DNA from: Patescibacteria group bacterium
GTDB lineage: Bacteria > Patescibacteriota > Microgenomatia > Levybacterales > UBA12049
Assembly: GCA_026004395.1 (NCBI GenBank)
Contig: BPJB01000001.1
Location: 905,226 to 969,225 of the forward strand
DNA length: 64,000 nucleotides
Direction: 5' to 3'
A model generated the notes under the pieces. That model did no database searches. It was given only the letters and a program-made list of their open reading frames with translations, and was not told the DNA's origin. The position numbers were made by a program, and so were the translations under genes. The stretch's first letter is position 1. The number at the start of each line of letters is the position of its first letter. This document shows positions 1-9,042 of the stretch, in pieces.

Positions 1-204
1 ACATCTCTTTGCACAGGAACTGCCAATAGATTTTCATCCAATAAATGGGCTGGCACTACGACAACTGGTGAAGAAGTCATCTGCAGTACTACAGGAGTCA
101 GCAGTCAAACTACGCGCGTAGGGTGGCAAGTTGAAGTCAATAATCTTCAACCTGCGGGAAGTTATACAGGAACAGTTATTCTCATTGCAACACCTACTTA
201 TTAA
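1..204 (+). CDS. C-terminal end of a secreted WxL-like surface protein (5' part lies outside the window)
   Basis: Frame 1 is open from the window edge to TAA at 202-204. The product ends ...NLQPAGSYTGTVILIATPTY. This is the same C-terminal motif as the 26267..27019 product (...QPAGTYTNVITYIATPTF) and the 28447..29925 product (...PSGEYQTAITYVATPTF). Confidence 0.5.
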   Translation, partial: TSLCTGTANRFSSNKWAGTTTTGEEVICSTTGVSSQTTRVGWQVEVNNLQPAGSYTGTVILIATPTY

Positions 205-211
205 CAAAATC

Positions 212-1156
212 ATGAAGCGGGTATATCCTCTTTCAGTATCAAGAAAATTAAGCCTTTTATTTTTTTTATTGGTTATTATAACTGTTCTGAGTTTATCAAT
301 CTCAGTCATTAAAACTTTAGTTAAAGCACAAAATGCCGGACAGTCTCTTGAGGTTTCTCCTCCTTCTCAAGATATCGAGGCTGACCCCGGAGATACAATT
401 ACAATCAAAGCCAAAATACGCAATCCAAGCAACCAAACTCTTCCTATCTCAGTACATCTTGAAGACTTCACTGCAGTTGGAGAGGAAGGACAGGTGGCAC
501 TCACTCAAGGAGGCAAATATAGTGTGGTGAGTTGGGCAAAAATAAATCCTACAAGATTTAATCTCAAACCCGGCGAGCAGAAAGAAGTAACTGCAACAAT
601 CAATATCCCTCAGAATGCAGCAGGTGGACGATATGGATCATTTATTTTTGCTGTAACTCCCGAGAATAACGAAAATCTCAATACAGCTAGTGTCTCCCAA
701 CAGGTGGCATCACTTTTTCTACTGAGAATTTCAGGTCCTGTAAAGGAAAAATTAGAGCTTAAAGATATTACTGCTCCACGATTTAGTGAATTTGGACCTA
801 TTCCCTTTAGGTTGAAGTTCGAAAACAAAGGCAATGTACATGTTAAAACTTACGGACTTATTAATGTTACTGATATCTTTGGCAGAAAGGTAGCTGATAT
901 AGTGGTCACAGGAACAAATGTCTTTCCTGAAGCAAGTAGAATCATTCAGGCACAGTTAAATAAAACATTGCTTATTGGACCTTTTACAGCTACAGCAATT
1001 ATGTATTATGGCACATCGAATGAGGTGCTCAATGCTACAACTACATTTTATGTCTTCCCTGTCAGAATCGCATTATTGATTATTGTACTTCTTATTATTC
1101 TCTATCTTCTGCGCAAACGCATAACACGAGCTTTTAAAGTGCTCTTTCGAAGCTAA
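212..1156 (+). CDS. DUF916/CscA-like cell-surface protein with signal peptide and C-terminal TM anchor plus basic tail
   Basis: The ORF track gives 131..1156. The more likely start is ATG at 212 (MKRVYPLSV...), just after the upstream stop at 204, so that start is used. N-terminal hydrophobic segment, a beta-rich body (LEVSPPSQDIEADPGDTITIKAKIRN...), and a C-terminal hydrophobic span followed by LLRKRITRAFKVLFRS. It is a paralog of 27034..28131 and 29936..30925. Confidence 0.55.
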   Translation: MKRVYPLSVSRKLSLLFFLLVIITVLSLSISVIKTLVKAQNAGQSLEVSPPSQDIEADPGDTITIKAKIRNPSNQTLPISVHLEDFTAVGEEGQVALTQGGKYSVVSWAKINPTRFNLKPGEQKEVTATINIPQNAAGGRYGSFIFAVTPENNENLNTASVSQQVASLFLLRISGPVKEKLELKDITAPRFSEFGPIPFRLKFENKGNVHVKTYGLINVTDIFGRKVADIVVTGTNVFPEASRIIQAQLNKTLLIGPFTATAIMYYGTSNEVLNATTTFYVFPVRIALLIIVLLIILYLLRKRITRAFKVLFRS

Positions 1157-1576
1157 ATGAAAAGAACTGTACTAATTGCTTCCATAGGCTTTATTGGCGG
1201 TTTTTTGCTCCACTCATTATTCTTACCTGATTTCCTGACCAACGGAGTTATCTTTCTTCCTCGCGCACCTGTGCAGTCAATTCAAAAAGATAGAATTAAT
1301 GATTCTGAACAAACAGATCCTCTTTTAACTAAAATAGCATTCAATGGATCATCCTTTGAGAGGACAAATGTAACTATTGAATCTTCACGCTACATTGCAA
1401 TTGTCAATATGAGTGAGAACGAAACTATGGATCTTAGATCAGACCTTGCCAATCTCCAAACACCCCGACCTTATGGATATGGTGAGGAGTTAAGGACAAG
1501 ACTTGATAAAAAAGGTCAATTTCTTATCTGGAGTGCCAAAAATCCTCAAGTGCGCATGCTGGTGACAGTCAGATAG
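1157..1576 (+). CDS. small membrane-anchored or secreted hypothetical protein
   Basis: ATG immediately follows the preceding stop. N-terminal hydrophobic segment MKRTVLIASIGFIGGFLLHSLFL. No recognisable domain. Confidence 0.35.
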   Translation: MKRTVLIASIGFIGGFLLHSLFLPDFLTNGVIFLPRAPVQSIQKDRINDSEQTDPLLTKIAFNGSSFERTNVTIESSRYIAIVNMSENETMDLRSDLANLQTPRPYGYGEELRTRLDKKGQFLIWSAKNPQVRMLVTVR

Positions 1577-1816
1577 TCATCCTAGATTTCCCAAAAATAA
1601 TTAAGCAGGATAGATGATCATCATTAATAATCTAGTGTAAAAACTATTAAAGCAACTTGATTATCTTAATAAAGCATTGTTGAATCTTTTCTATGACCTA
1701 AGATGTCTTCTAGTTGTTTACTGTATTGTAAAATCGAGGTTATCTTTAAGTGATTTAAAGTAAAAAGTAATAATTCTCTTCCAAATATTCAAATAGTTGT
1801 AATAATCTTCATAAAT

Positions 1817-1852
1817 GAGGTGAAGGCTTTGTGAGGCCAAAGCTTTCACCTC
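1817..1852. terminator. 15-bp-stem hairpin (possible transcription terminator or REP-like element)
   Basis: The stem GAGGTGAAGGCTTTG (1817-1831) pairs with CAAAGCTTTCACCTC (1838-1852) with one mismatch, around the loop TGAGGC (1832-1837). There is no clear U-tract after it, and it lies 240 bp downstream of the 1576 stop. Confidence 0.25.
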
Positions 1853-2472
1853 TTGCAGTCAGATCAGTCCTAATTCATAGTTGTGACATTTGTAGAAGCG
1901 CAAAAACTGCTTTTAGATTTTTAACTGCTTTTTGCAATGATTTATTTAATGATTTGTAAAGATTATTAAGAATTAACATGAGCATACTTTTCTTTCTACA
2001 ATTTGCCTCTTCTCTTTTTTAGAGATCGCAGAAGAAGCCGCAAATGTTTCTCACACACACCATGAGTATATTCCTCATCTTCTCTAAGAAGTGTGTATGT
2101 ATCTTTGGGACACCAGGCACAAGCAAAAATAAGCCTGACCTTATCGCCTGTCGTATACCTGATCATTGATCCAACCATCCTATTTTTTGATAAAAGTTAT
2201 CAAAAAGAGAACATCTTCTTCAATTGAAATTGAAGATTAATCTTATTTAAGAAAGAGACTGTACTTCTTCTACTTCTTCCAAAAAAAATCAAGTCTCTTT
2301 TTCTCTTTCTGTTTTCACTCTGTGAAAACAGATTAGCAAGTATCTCATAATTAGTCAAATTTTTCACAAATTTGCATAGAGATATATATCCAAGCATAAA
2401 ATTGTATATTGACAAACTCCAAACTATTTTTGAAAATAAAAATAGCGACAGTTCTTAAAAATTAACTTTTCT

Positions 2473-2757
2473 ATGGACAACCTATTTAATGTCAACCAAG
2501 CAGCATTCATACTCAAGGTGCATCCTCTGACTGTACGCCGCTATATCAAAGAAGGACGCCTTAAGGCAATAAAAGCAGGCGGCAATGTGAGAATTCGCGA
2601 AAAAGATTTAATGGAGTTTAACAGAGACTACACTCCCTCACAACGATCAACCAACTCACCATTTAAGATAAAACTCAATCCTGCCAAAACTTTCAGTATG
2701 GACGATCCTTTCCTAAGACTTAACGGCAGAGGAGCAAGTATCAAGCTGTCGTCTTAA
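2473..2757 (+). CDS. helix-turn-helix DNA-binding protein, excisionase/MerR-like family
   Basis: N-terminal NQAAFILKVHPLTVRRYIKEGRLKAIKAGGNVRIREKDL matches the Xis-type HTH_17 pattern (L.V....T.RR...G.L...K.G...RI...DL). Confidence 0.6.
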   Translation: MDNLFNVNQAAFILKVHPLTVRRYIKEGRLKAIKAGGNVRIREKDLMEFNRDYTPSQRSTNSPFKIKLNPAKTFSMDDPFLRLNGRGASIKLSS

Positions 2758-2780
2758 TTTAAAATTATCCAATATTTTCT

Positions 2781-3206
2781 ATGCCTGTTCAAAGCAAAAA
2801 AGTTTATTTGGATGCTAGCAGCTTTGTTGCTTTTATTGACCGCGCGCATGTGAAATATGAGCAAGCAACAGCGTATTTCCGTTACTTTGGTATTGAAGAA
2901 TACCAGCTTTTTACAGACCCAATAACACTCACAGAAGCTTATAACAGACTATATAATGATATTAGTCCCTCTCTTGCCAAGGATTTTTTGCGTGTAATGT
3001 CACTCTCCAATATCAACATGATCTATCCTGACGAATCAGATAACAAAGCAGCTCTGAAGGCTATGATTAATTTTAAATCAACTGATCTTACTTATCCAAA
3101 AGCTATTCTCTCTGTGCTTGCAAATCGGCGTGGAGTGCCACAGGTATGTACATTTGAGTATCTGCCGCAGCTTTTTGGACTGACAATTTTTTATCTACCT
3201 CTCTAG
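2781..3206 (+). CDS. putative PIN-domain (VapC-like) protein
   Basis: 141 aa. The N-terminal VYLDASSFVAFID, with acidic residues spaced through the protein (E~52, D~85/102), fits a PIN fold. It lies 24 bp downstream of the HTH gene, as in a two-gene toxin-antitoxin cassette. The assignment is weak. Confidence 0.35.
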   Translation: MPVQSKKVYLDASSFVAFIDRAHVKYEQATAYFRYFGIEEYQLFTDPITLTEAYNRLYNDISPSLAKDFLRVMSLSNINMIYPDESDNKAALKAMINFKSTDLTYPKAILSVLANRRGVPQVCTFEYLPQLFGLTIFYLPL

Positions 3207-3337
3207 ACTGTCTATTAATTTATTTAGAGTAAAAAGAGACAGTGAATTTCATCAAATTAAAACTAAATTCAAACAGCAGATTTAATCATAATATATATCA
3301 ATCTATATATTAAGATGATTTAATATATCGTAAATAT

Positions 3338-4405
3338 TCACTTTTGGTGTTGTTTGATCACTTCTTCGTATACCTGAAGATATCCCTCAATCATCTGATC
3401 TAAATTGAATTTTTTAATTGCGTACTCGCGAATTAGTCCCCTATCAAGCTTATCCACCTTTGCCACTGCCTTAGCCATCTCTTCTGCATCTTGTACGAGA
3501 AAACCTGTTCTACCATCTTGGATAACCTCTGATGCCGAACCAAACGGAAAGGCGATTACCGGCGTACCTGATGCCATGGACTCCACCATCACTAATCCAA
3601 ACGGCTCATTCCAGCGAATTGGGAAAAGTGTAGCTACGGCATCAGCTAAAAATTTAGCCTTTTCTTTAGGATCAAAAAGTTCTCCTAAAAATTCTATATT
3701 CTTCCCTAACAAAGGTTTTATCTCATTCTCAAAATATTCTCTATCTCCAGGATCAATAAATGCCGCAATTTTAAGCTGCAATCCTGTCTTTTGGGCAACT
3801 CTGATAGCAGTATCCAGTCCTTTAGTCGGGGTTATTCTTCCAATCCAGGCAAGATAGCCTCCCTTTCCTTCTCCTAAATAAAAATCATCTGTTTTGATAC
3901 CATTATAGACTGTCCTGATGTAATTAAGATGAGGCATTGCTTGACGCTGATTATCTGAGATACTTACAAAAGCATGGTGAGCAAATCTGTTCAGAGTATC
4001 GCGAATATCATCAATATATCCTGATACAAGCTTTTCTTTCTTATACATTGATCCATGAAGCGTATGGACAAAAGGAGTAGAGAAAAGGTCAAGAAAATAC
4101 ATTGTTTGGTATTGACTGTGATTATGTAGAATATCAAACTGCTCCTGAGCAACAATTTTCATAAAACCATGAATATGTCTTAAAAGATTATAGGGATTAT
4201 TTTTGAGTAAAAGGTTATTGCCTAAGGCTCGAGAGTAAGTATAGGCAAGTCGTGCGGAAGTCTGAGAATCTCCTGTTGCAAAAAGGAGCACATCATGACC
4301 TCTCTTGACTAATCCTTCTGTAAGGTTGGCAACAACTGCCTCTATCCCTCCATAACCTTTTGGAGGGATAGCAATCCACGGTGGCGCAATAAGAGCAATC
4401 TTCAT
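3338..4405 (-). CDS. glycosyltransferase family 4 (GT-B fold)
   Basis: MKIALIAPPWIAIPPKGYGGIEAVVANLTEGLVKRGHDVLLFA at the N-terminus, and the EX7E-type motif NEPFGLVMVESMASGTPVIAF. Confidence 0.8.
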   Translation of the reverse strand: MKIALIAPPWIAIPPKGYGGIEAVVANLTEGLVKRGHDVLLFATGDSQTSARLAYTYSRALGNNLLLKNNPYNLLRHIHGFMKIVAQEQFDILHNHSQYQTMYFLDLFSTPFVHTLHGSMYKKEKLVSGYIDDIRDTLNRFAHHAFVSISDNQRQAMPHLNYIRTVYNGIKTDDFYLGEGKGGYLAWIGRITPTKGLDTAIRVAQKTGLQLKIAAFIDPGDREYFENEIKPLLGKNIEFLGELFDPKEKAKFLADAVATLFPIRWNEPFGLVMVESMASGTPVIAFPFGSASEVIQDGRTGFLVQDAEEMAKAVAKVDKLDRGLIREYAIKKFNLDQMIEGYLQVYEEVIKQHQK

Positions 4406-4437
4406 ATTCTACCTTCTAAAATTTTTAAACTCTACTG

Positions 4438-5532
4438 CTACTCTACTAGCGAGAGTAAAGCTTGTTCATAGCCATCAACCATCTTCTGAATTGTAAAATG
4501 CTCCTCAACAAATCTGCGACAGTTCCTTCTCTCGATTGATTCTACTTTTTTTACTGCCTCAACCATCTCCTCTTCTGTATTAACGACAAATCCGCTCCAA
4601 CCATCTTTTACTACTTCCGGAACTGCTCCTCTATTAAAAGCTATAACAGGTGTACCACAACTCATTGCCTCAATCATGACCAAGCCGAATGGCTCCTCCC
4701 AAACTATTGGGAAGATAAAAGCTTTGGCTTGCTGATAGAGCTTGAGTTTCTGCTCAAAGGGTATCTCTCCAAAATATTGAATTTGTTTGCCATCAATATC
4801 GCTCTTAAGCTCTTCAAAATAATCTTGATCTCGAATCTTTCCAGCAATCACAAGAGGCATACCAAGTTTTTTGGCAATGCGAATTGCTGCTCCCTGATTT
4901 TTGTGCCTCCCAATCGTCCCCATCATTAAAAGATAATCTTTGGGAGTAGAATTAAATGTGTATCTCTCAACATCCACACCGTTATAGACGGTAGCAAGAT
5001 AATTAAGATCCGGATATTCTTTTCTCTGTGCGTTACTTATGGTAATTATACTCGTATTATACTCTCTAAAAAGCTGTGCAAGCTCTTGAAAAAGAGTAAG
5101 ATGCATAACATTTACTAATGGTTTTCCTAAAAGTTGAGCAACAGGCAGAAATACACCTTCTCCGCGCATATTATTTAAGATAAGATCATATTCATCTTTA
5201 TAAGCAATAAGTTTATGAGCTGCTTGTGAAAGATAGACTATTTCTTTTCTAAGTGTTCGTGATGACTCTATCTGAGAAAGATCCTCTTCACCGGCAAGAT
5301 AACTGCCAGCGACAACATCTCCTCGACCTACCTCAATTACATGCACTTTCAAATCCTCAAAAGCAGCGGCACTACCTCTTGCTGCCACCAGAAATACGCT
5401 GTGTCCTCTCTCAGCTAGTCCAGTTGCTTGATGATAAGCAATCCATTCAGTACCCCCTTGACCGGGAGGAGGTACTGGAAGAGCAACAGAACCAAGAATC
5501 ATTATTCGCATAGTATAAAAAGTATTGTACAC
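4438..5532 (-). CDS. glycosyltransferase family 4
   Basis: MRIMILGSVALPVPPPGQGGTEW...GHSVFLVA and EEPFGLVMIEAMSCGTPVIAFNRGAVPEVV. Confidence 0.8.
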   Translation of the reverse strand: MYNTFYTMRIMILGSVALPVPPPGQGGTEWIAYHQATGLAERGHSVFLVAARGSAAAFEDLKVHVIEVGRGDVVAGSYLAGEEDLSQIESSRTLRKEIVYLSQAAHKLIAYKDEYDLILNNMRGEGVFLPVAQLLGKPLVNVMHLTLFQELAQLFREYNTSIITISNAQRKEYPDLNYLATVYNGVDVERYTFNSTPKDYLLMMGTIGRHKNQGAAIRIAKKLGMPLVIAGKIRDQDYFEELKSDIDGKQIQYFGEIPFEQKLKLYQQAKAFIFPIVWEEPFGLVMIEAMSCGTPVIAFNRGAVPEVVKDGWSGFVVNTEEEMVEAVKKVESIERRNCRRFVEEHFTIQKMVDGYEQALLSLVE

Positions 5533-5535
5533 TAA

Positions 5536-6738
5536 TCAGTGAGAAATACTAGATGAGCGAGATTGCTCTTTTTTGCGAAATTGTTGATACATTCGTTCAA
5601 ATTTATGGGCGATCTTTTCCCATGTAAAGCGCTCTTTAATTGTCTGTCTAGCTCTCTCACCCATTCTAGCTCTAAGTGCATCATCTGAGAGAAGTTTATT
5701 AACCTTCTCAGCAATTTCCCTGGCATTACGCGGTCGTACAAAAAATCCATTTACTCCTTCCTTTACAGCCAGTGGAATACCTCCTTTTCTAGTAACTACA
5801 ACTGGTGTCTTGGTCGCCATTGCTTCAAGAACAACAAGCCCTAAAGGCTCATCCCATACGCTTGGCACCACACAAACATCAGCTCTATAGTAAAGCTTTA
5901 TAAGGCTACTATCGCTGATATGACCAAAAAATTTAACGTTACTTAACTTAAGATCTTTGACTAATCTTTCAAGATTTTCTCTTTCCGGCCCATCACCCAC
6001 AATACCAACTAGTGCATTAATTTTGCGCGCTGCCTGTATGAGATACTTAACTCCTTTATATTTGGTAAGCTTACCTGAAAAAAGTACCAGCCTTTTCCCC
6101 TCCAAAGCATATTTTTTATCTATATCACTTGTATCCATCTTCTCTGGAAAAAGCGAGAAATCTATTCCTCCGGGTATGACTCTTGTCTTCTTGGCAAACT
6201 CATCTGCGAAGACTTTTCTCATCCACTCTTTCGTCCAATTACTATTTGGTACAATACGCGCAGCTCTTCTTAACGCCTCAGCAGTGAGTTGAGGATAACG
6301 TTTATCTTCTTGAAGAGTGGGAAGTTCTGAACCATGAGCAGTAACAATAAAATTCAAACCATATGCTATTTTGACAAAACGAGCAATCCAAGTAAGAGGC
6401 ATAAGATGGTGCACATGCAGAATATCTGGTTGGAATTGATCAACAGCCTGAGCAACTGCTTGAAAGTAGGCAAGGTAATTTCTTGTCAGATCTTTTCCTG
6501 AGACTCTGGTATAAAGTTGACAGTCTGGCCATTCAGGATGTCCTGTAAAAGCAATCTTTACAGGCAGTTTGACTGGATATACTTTAACTCCTTTAAGTTT
6601 TCTCTCATCCGGTGCGACGATTGCAACTTTGTGCCATTTGGCAATCTGTTGTGCCAGCTCACGGCTATATGTTCCCGATCCTGAGCCATAAAAAGGAAAT
6701 GTCTGAAGATAAAGTATTCTCATATTTTGCAATCGCAA
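5536..6738 (-). CDS. glycosyltransferase family 4
   Basis: MRILYLQTFPFYGSGSGTYSRELAQQIAKWHKVAIVAP and DEPLGLVVLEAMATKTPVVVTRKGGIPLAV. Confidence 0.8.
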   Translation of the reverse strand: MRLQNMRILYLQTFPFYGSGSGTYSRELAQQIAKWHKVAIVAPDERKLKGVKVYPVKLPVKIAFTGHPEWPDCQLYTRVSGKDLTRNYLAYFQAVAQAVDQFQPDILHVHHLMPLTWIARFVKIAYGLNFIVTAHGSELPTLQEDKRYPQLTAEALRRAARIVPNSNWTKEWMRKVFADEFAKKTRVIPGGIDFSLFPEKMDTSDIDKKYALEGKRLVLFSGKLTKYKGVKYLIQAARKINALVGIVGDGPERENLERLVKDLKLSNVKFFGHISDSSLIKLYYRADVCVVPSVWDEPLGLVVLEAMATKTPVVVTRKGGIPLAVKEGVNGFFVRPRNAREIAEKVNKLLSDDALRARMGERARQTIKERFTWEKIAHKFERMYQQFRKKEQSRSSSISH

Positions 6739-6753
6739 AATTATACCACAGAC

Positions 6754-7470
6754 TTAGTTGATCTTTACAATGCGCATTTTTTGCTTAAGAACAAGGTAGA
6801 GAAACTGAGGAAGTACCACTTGACGCTTGATGCGCCATGGTTGATGGATAAGTCTATATAGCCACTCAAGACCAAGGCTACGAATGAAAAAAGGAGCACG
6901 TTTTACTCTACCACTGAGGTAATCAAAAGCCCCTCCAACACCCATTGCTACTTTGATAGGAAGCATGGGCAAATATTTTGCAATCCATTCTTCCTGCTTG
7001 GGAAAACCAAAAGCCACAAAAAGGATATCCACTCCTTCCTTTGGAAAAGTCTTTACATCCCATTCCTCCCCACTAAATTTGATAATTAATCCTGGATATT
7101 TTTTTCTCAAGCACTCAGCCGTCTTCTCTGCTACTCCATGTCTTCCTCCCAAAAAGCCTACTGTTACAGCATTTTCGGAAGCTTTGGCACAGAGCTTATC
7201 CATGAAATCCACACCTGTTATCCGCTCTCTAAAGGGCTTACCCAAGATACTTCCTGCCAGAAAAAGACCTATCCCATCGCACAAAGCCAAATCAGCCTCA
7301 TTAATAATTCTTTTATAAATTGGATGGGAGAGAGCATACATGACAATTTCAGGATTGGGAGTGACAATCATGCATTTTTTTTTGCCATTTTTAACTCTTT
7401 TTAATACCAACTCTAGGGCATTTTCTTCAGTTATATTAGAAACACCAATTCCAAAAATGTAATTTTTCAC
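6754..7470 (-). CDS. WecB/TagA/CpsF-family (GT26) glycosyltransferase
   Basis: IFGIGVSNITEENALELV...MIVTPNPEIVMYA...GFPKQEEWIAKY matches the GT26 signature. It is the first gene of the minus-strand GT operon. Confidence 0.75.
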   Translation of the reverse strand: MKNYIFGIGVSNITEENALELVLKRVKNGKKKCMIVTPNPEIVMYALSHPIYKRIINEADLALCDGIGLFLAGSILGKPFRERITGVDFMDKLCAKASENAVTVGFLGGRHGVAEKTAECLRKKYPGLIIKFSGEEWDVKTFPKEGVDILFVAFGFPKQEEWIAKYLPMLPIKVAMGVGGAFDYLSGRVKRAPFFIRSLGLEWLYRLIHQPWRIKRQVVLPQFLYLVLKQKMRIVKIN

Positions 7471-7755
7471 GATCTACCTCCTTATATATTATAGGATTTT
7501 TTAGTTTTCATTTTATTTTCCTATAGACAGATTATTGATCATTCTCATTATTCATTTATTCTGCCTAATTATGAAGATTTATACTTAATTTTCTGCAATA
7601 AACAGTAAAATATATATTTTTTAGCTATAAGTTATAGTATATTTTTACTTTAATTTTATAAACATACTCTTTTTTATGAAAAATAAAAAATATTTCTCAT
7701 AACTATAAGACAAATAATGTAGCGTTGCTGATATAAGCATATGCGTGGACAGTCC

Positions 7756-8784
7756 CTATTTTCTAGCAATGCTGCGTTTGTACAACTCAATATTCTCCAT
7801 AGCAACACCTGTTCCCTTCACTACACAAAGCAGTGCATCCTCTGCCACATGGCAGGGCACACCGGTAATCTGTGTCATTAGCTTATCAAGATTTTTAAGA
7901 AGAGATGTCCCACCACTCATCACAATACCTTTATCAATAATATCGCTTGCAAGCTCAGGCGGACATTGTTCGAGAACTTGCTTGGGACCTGAGATAATCT
8001 CCATCAGTACAGGTTTTATAGCCTCATTAATCTGAGCTTCATCAAGCTCAACACTGCGTGGAAGACCTGTTATATTGTCTCTACCCCGTATCTCCATTTT
8101 TTTCAGATCTTTTTTTTCTTTTTCTTCAACAACTGCGTTACCTAATTCTATTTTTATCTGCTCGGCTGTTGTTTCACCAATTAAAAGATTAAATTTCTTT
8201 TTGATATAGACAGCAATCGCCTCATCTATTTTATTACCAGCTACCCTCACTGAGCTATGGACGACAACTCCTCCTAGAGAAATAACAGCTGACTCTGTTG
8301 AACCTCCACCAATATTAACAATCATATGTCCAGCAGGCTGTGCAATTGGAATCTTCGCACCAATAGCCGCTGCCAAAGGTTCATCGATAAGATAGGCTAC
8401 CTTAGCACCAGCTGACATAGTTGCATCCAAAACCGCACGCCTTTCAACTTGGGTAACACCCGATGGTATGCAAACCATCACCTCAGGCTTAAAAAAACGT
8501 GACTGACCACAAGCTTTGTCTATAAAATAGGAGAGCATTGCTTCAGTAATAGTGTAATCTGCTATCACCCCATCCTTAAGAGGCCTCAAGGCAACTACAT
8601 TGCCCGGAGTACGACCCAGCATCTCTTTAGCTTCTTTACCAACAGCGACTACCCTATTTTCTTCTGCTGTGACAGCAACGACTGTTGGTTCATTCAGGAC
8701 AATACCCTCACCTACTAGATAAACAAGCGTGTTAGCTGTTCCAAGATCAATGCCTATACGTTTGGATGTGGGAATATTAAACAT
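7756..8784 (-). CDS. mreB: rod-shape determining actin homolog MreB
   Basis: IGIDLGTANTLVYLVGEGIVLNEPTVVAV...IGGGSTESAVISLGGVV..., a canonical MreB/actin-fold sequence. Confidence 0.9.
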   Translation of the reverse strand: MFNIPTSKRIGIDLGTANTLVYLVGEGIVLNEPTVVAVTAEENRVVAVGKEAKEMLGRTPGNVVALRPLKDGVIADYTITEAMLSYFIDKACGQSRFFKPEVMVCIPSGVTQVERRAVLDATMSAGAKVAYLIDEPLAAAIGAKIPIAQPAGHMIVNIGGGSTESAVISLGGVVVHSSVRVAGNKIDEAIAVYIKKKFNLLIGETTAEQIKIELGNAVVEEKEKKDLKKMEIRGRDNITGLPRSVELDEAQINEAIKPVLMEIISGPKQVLEQCPPELASDIIDKGIVMSGGTSLLKNLDKLMTQITGVPCHVAEDALLCVVKGTGVAMENIELYKRSIARK

Positions 8785-9042
8785 AGAGCTTTTCAGTATT
8801 TTGTTTTAAGTTTTTCAAAACACCAACGAACTGCAAATCACAACTTAAATCCAGAGATTAACTCCAATTCCCAAAATATATCAAAATATCTACTTTCTCT
8901 ATCAATTTTGTTTTCAGGCTTGTATAGACCCATTATAAAGAGAGCATATTTTGCTTGCAAGTATTATTTTGCAAAGAGTATAATTGTTGTATCTGATTAA
9001 ATTCAAAAACTAATAGAAGATAGCTGTATACTTTAGTTTAAT

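Noticed and set aside
1996-2178. 60-aa ORF with a CxxC...C pattern (possible zinc-ribbon protein)
   Set aside because: Too short and lacking a second clear CxxC pair. It sits in an AT-rich spacer, so it is not called.
2473-2757. Prophage or integrative element signalled by the excisionase-family HTH protein
   Set aside because: No integrase, capsid, portal or terminase genes nearby. The partner gene looks PIN-like, so a toxin-antitoxin or stand-alone regulator is more likely.
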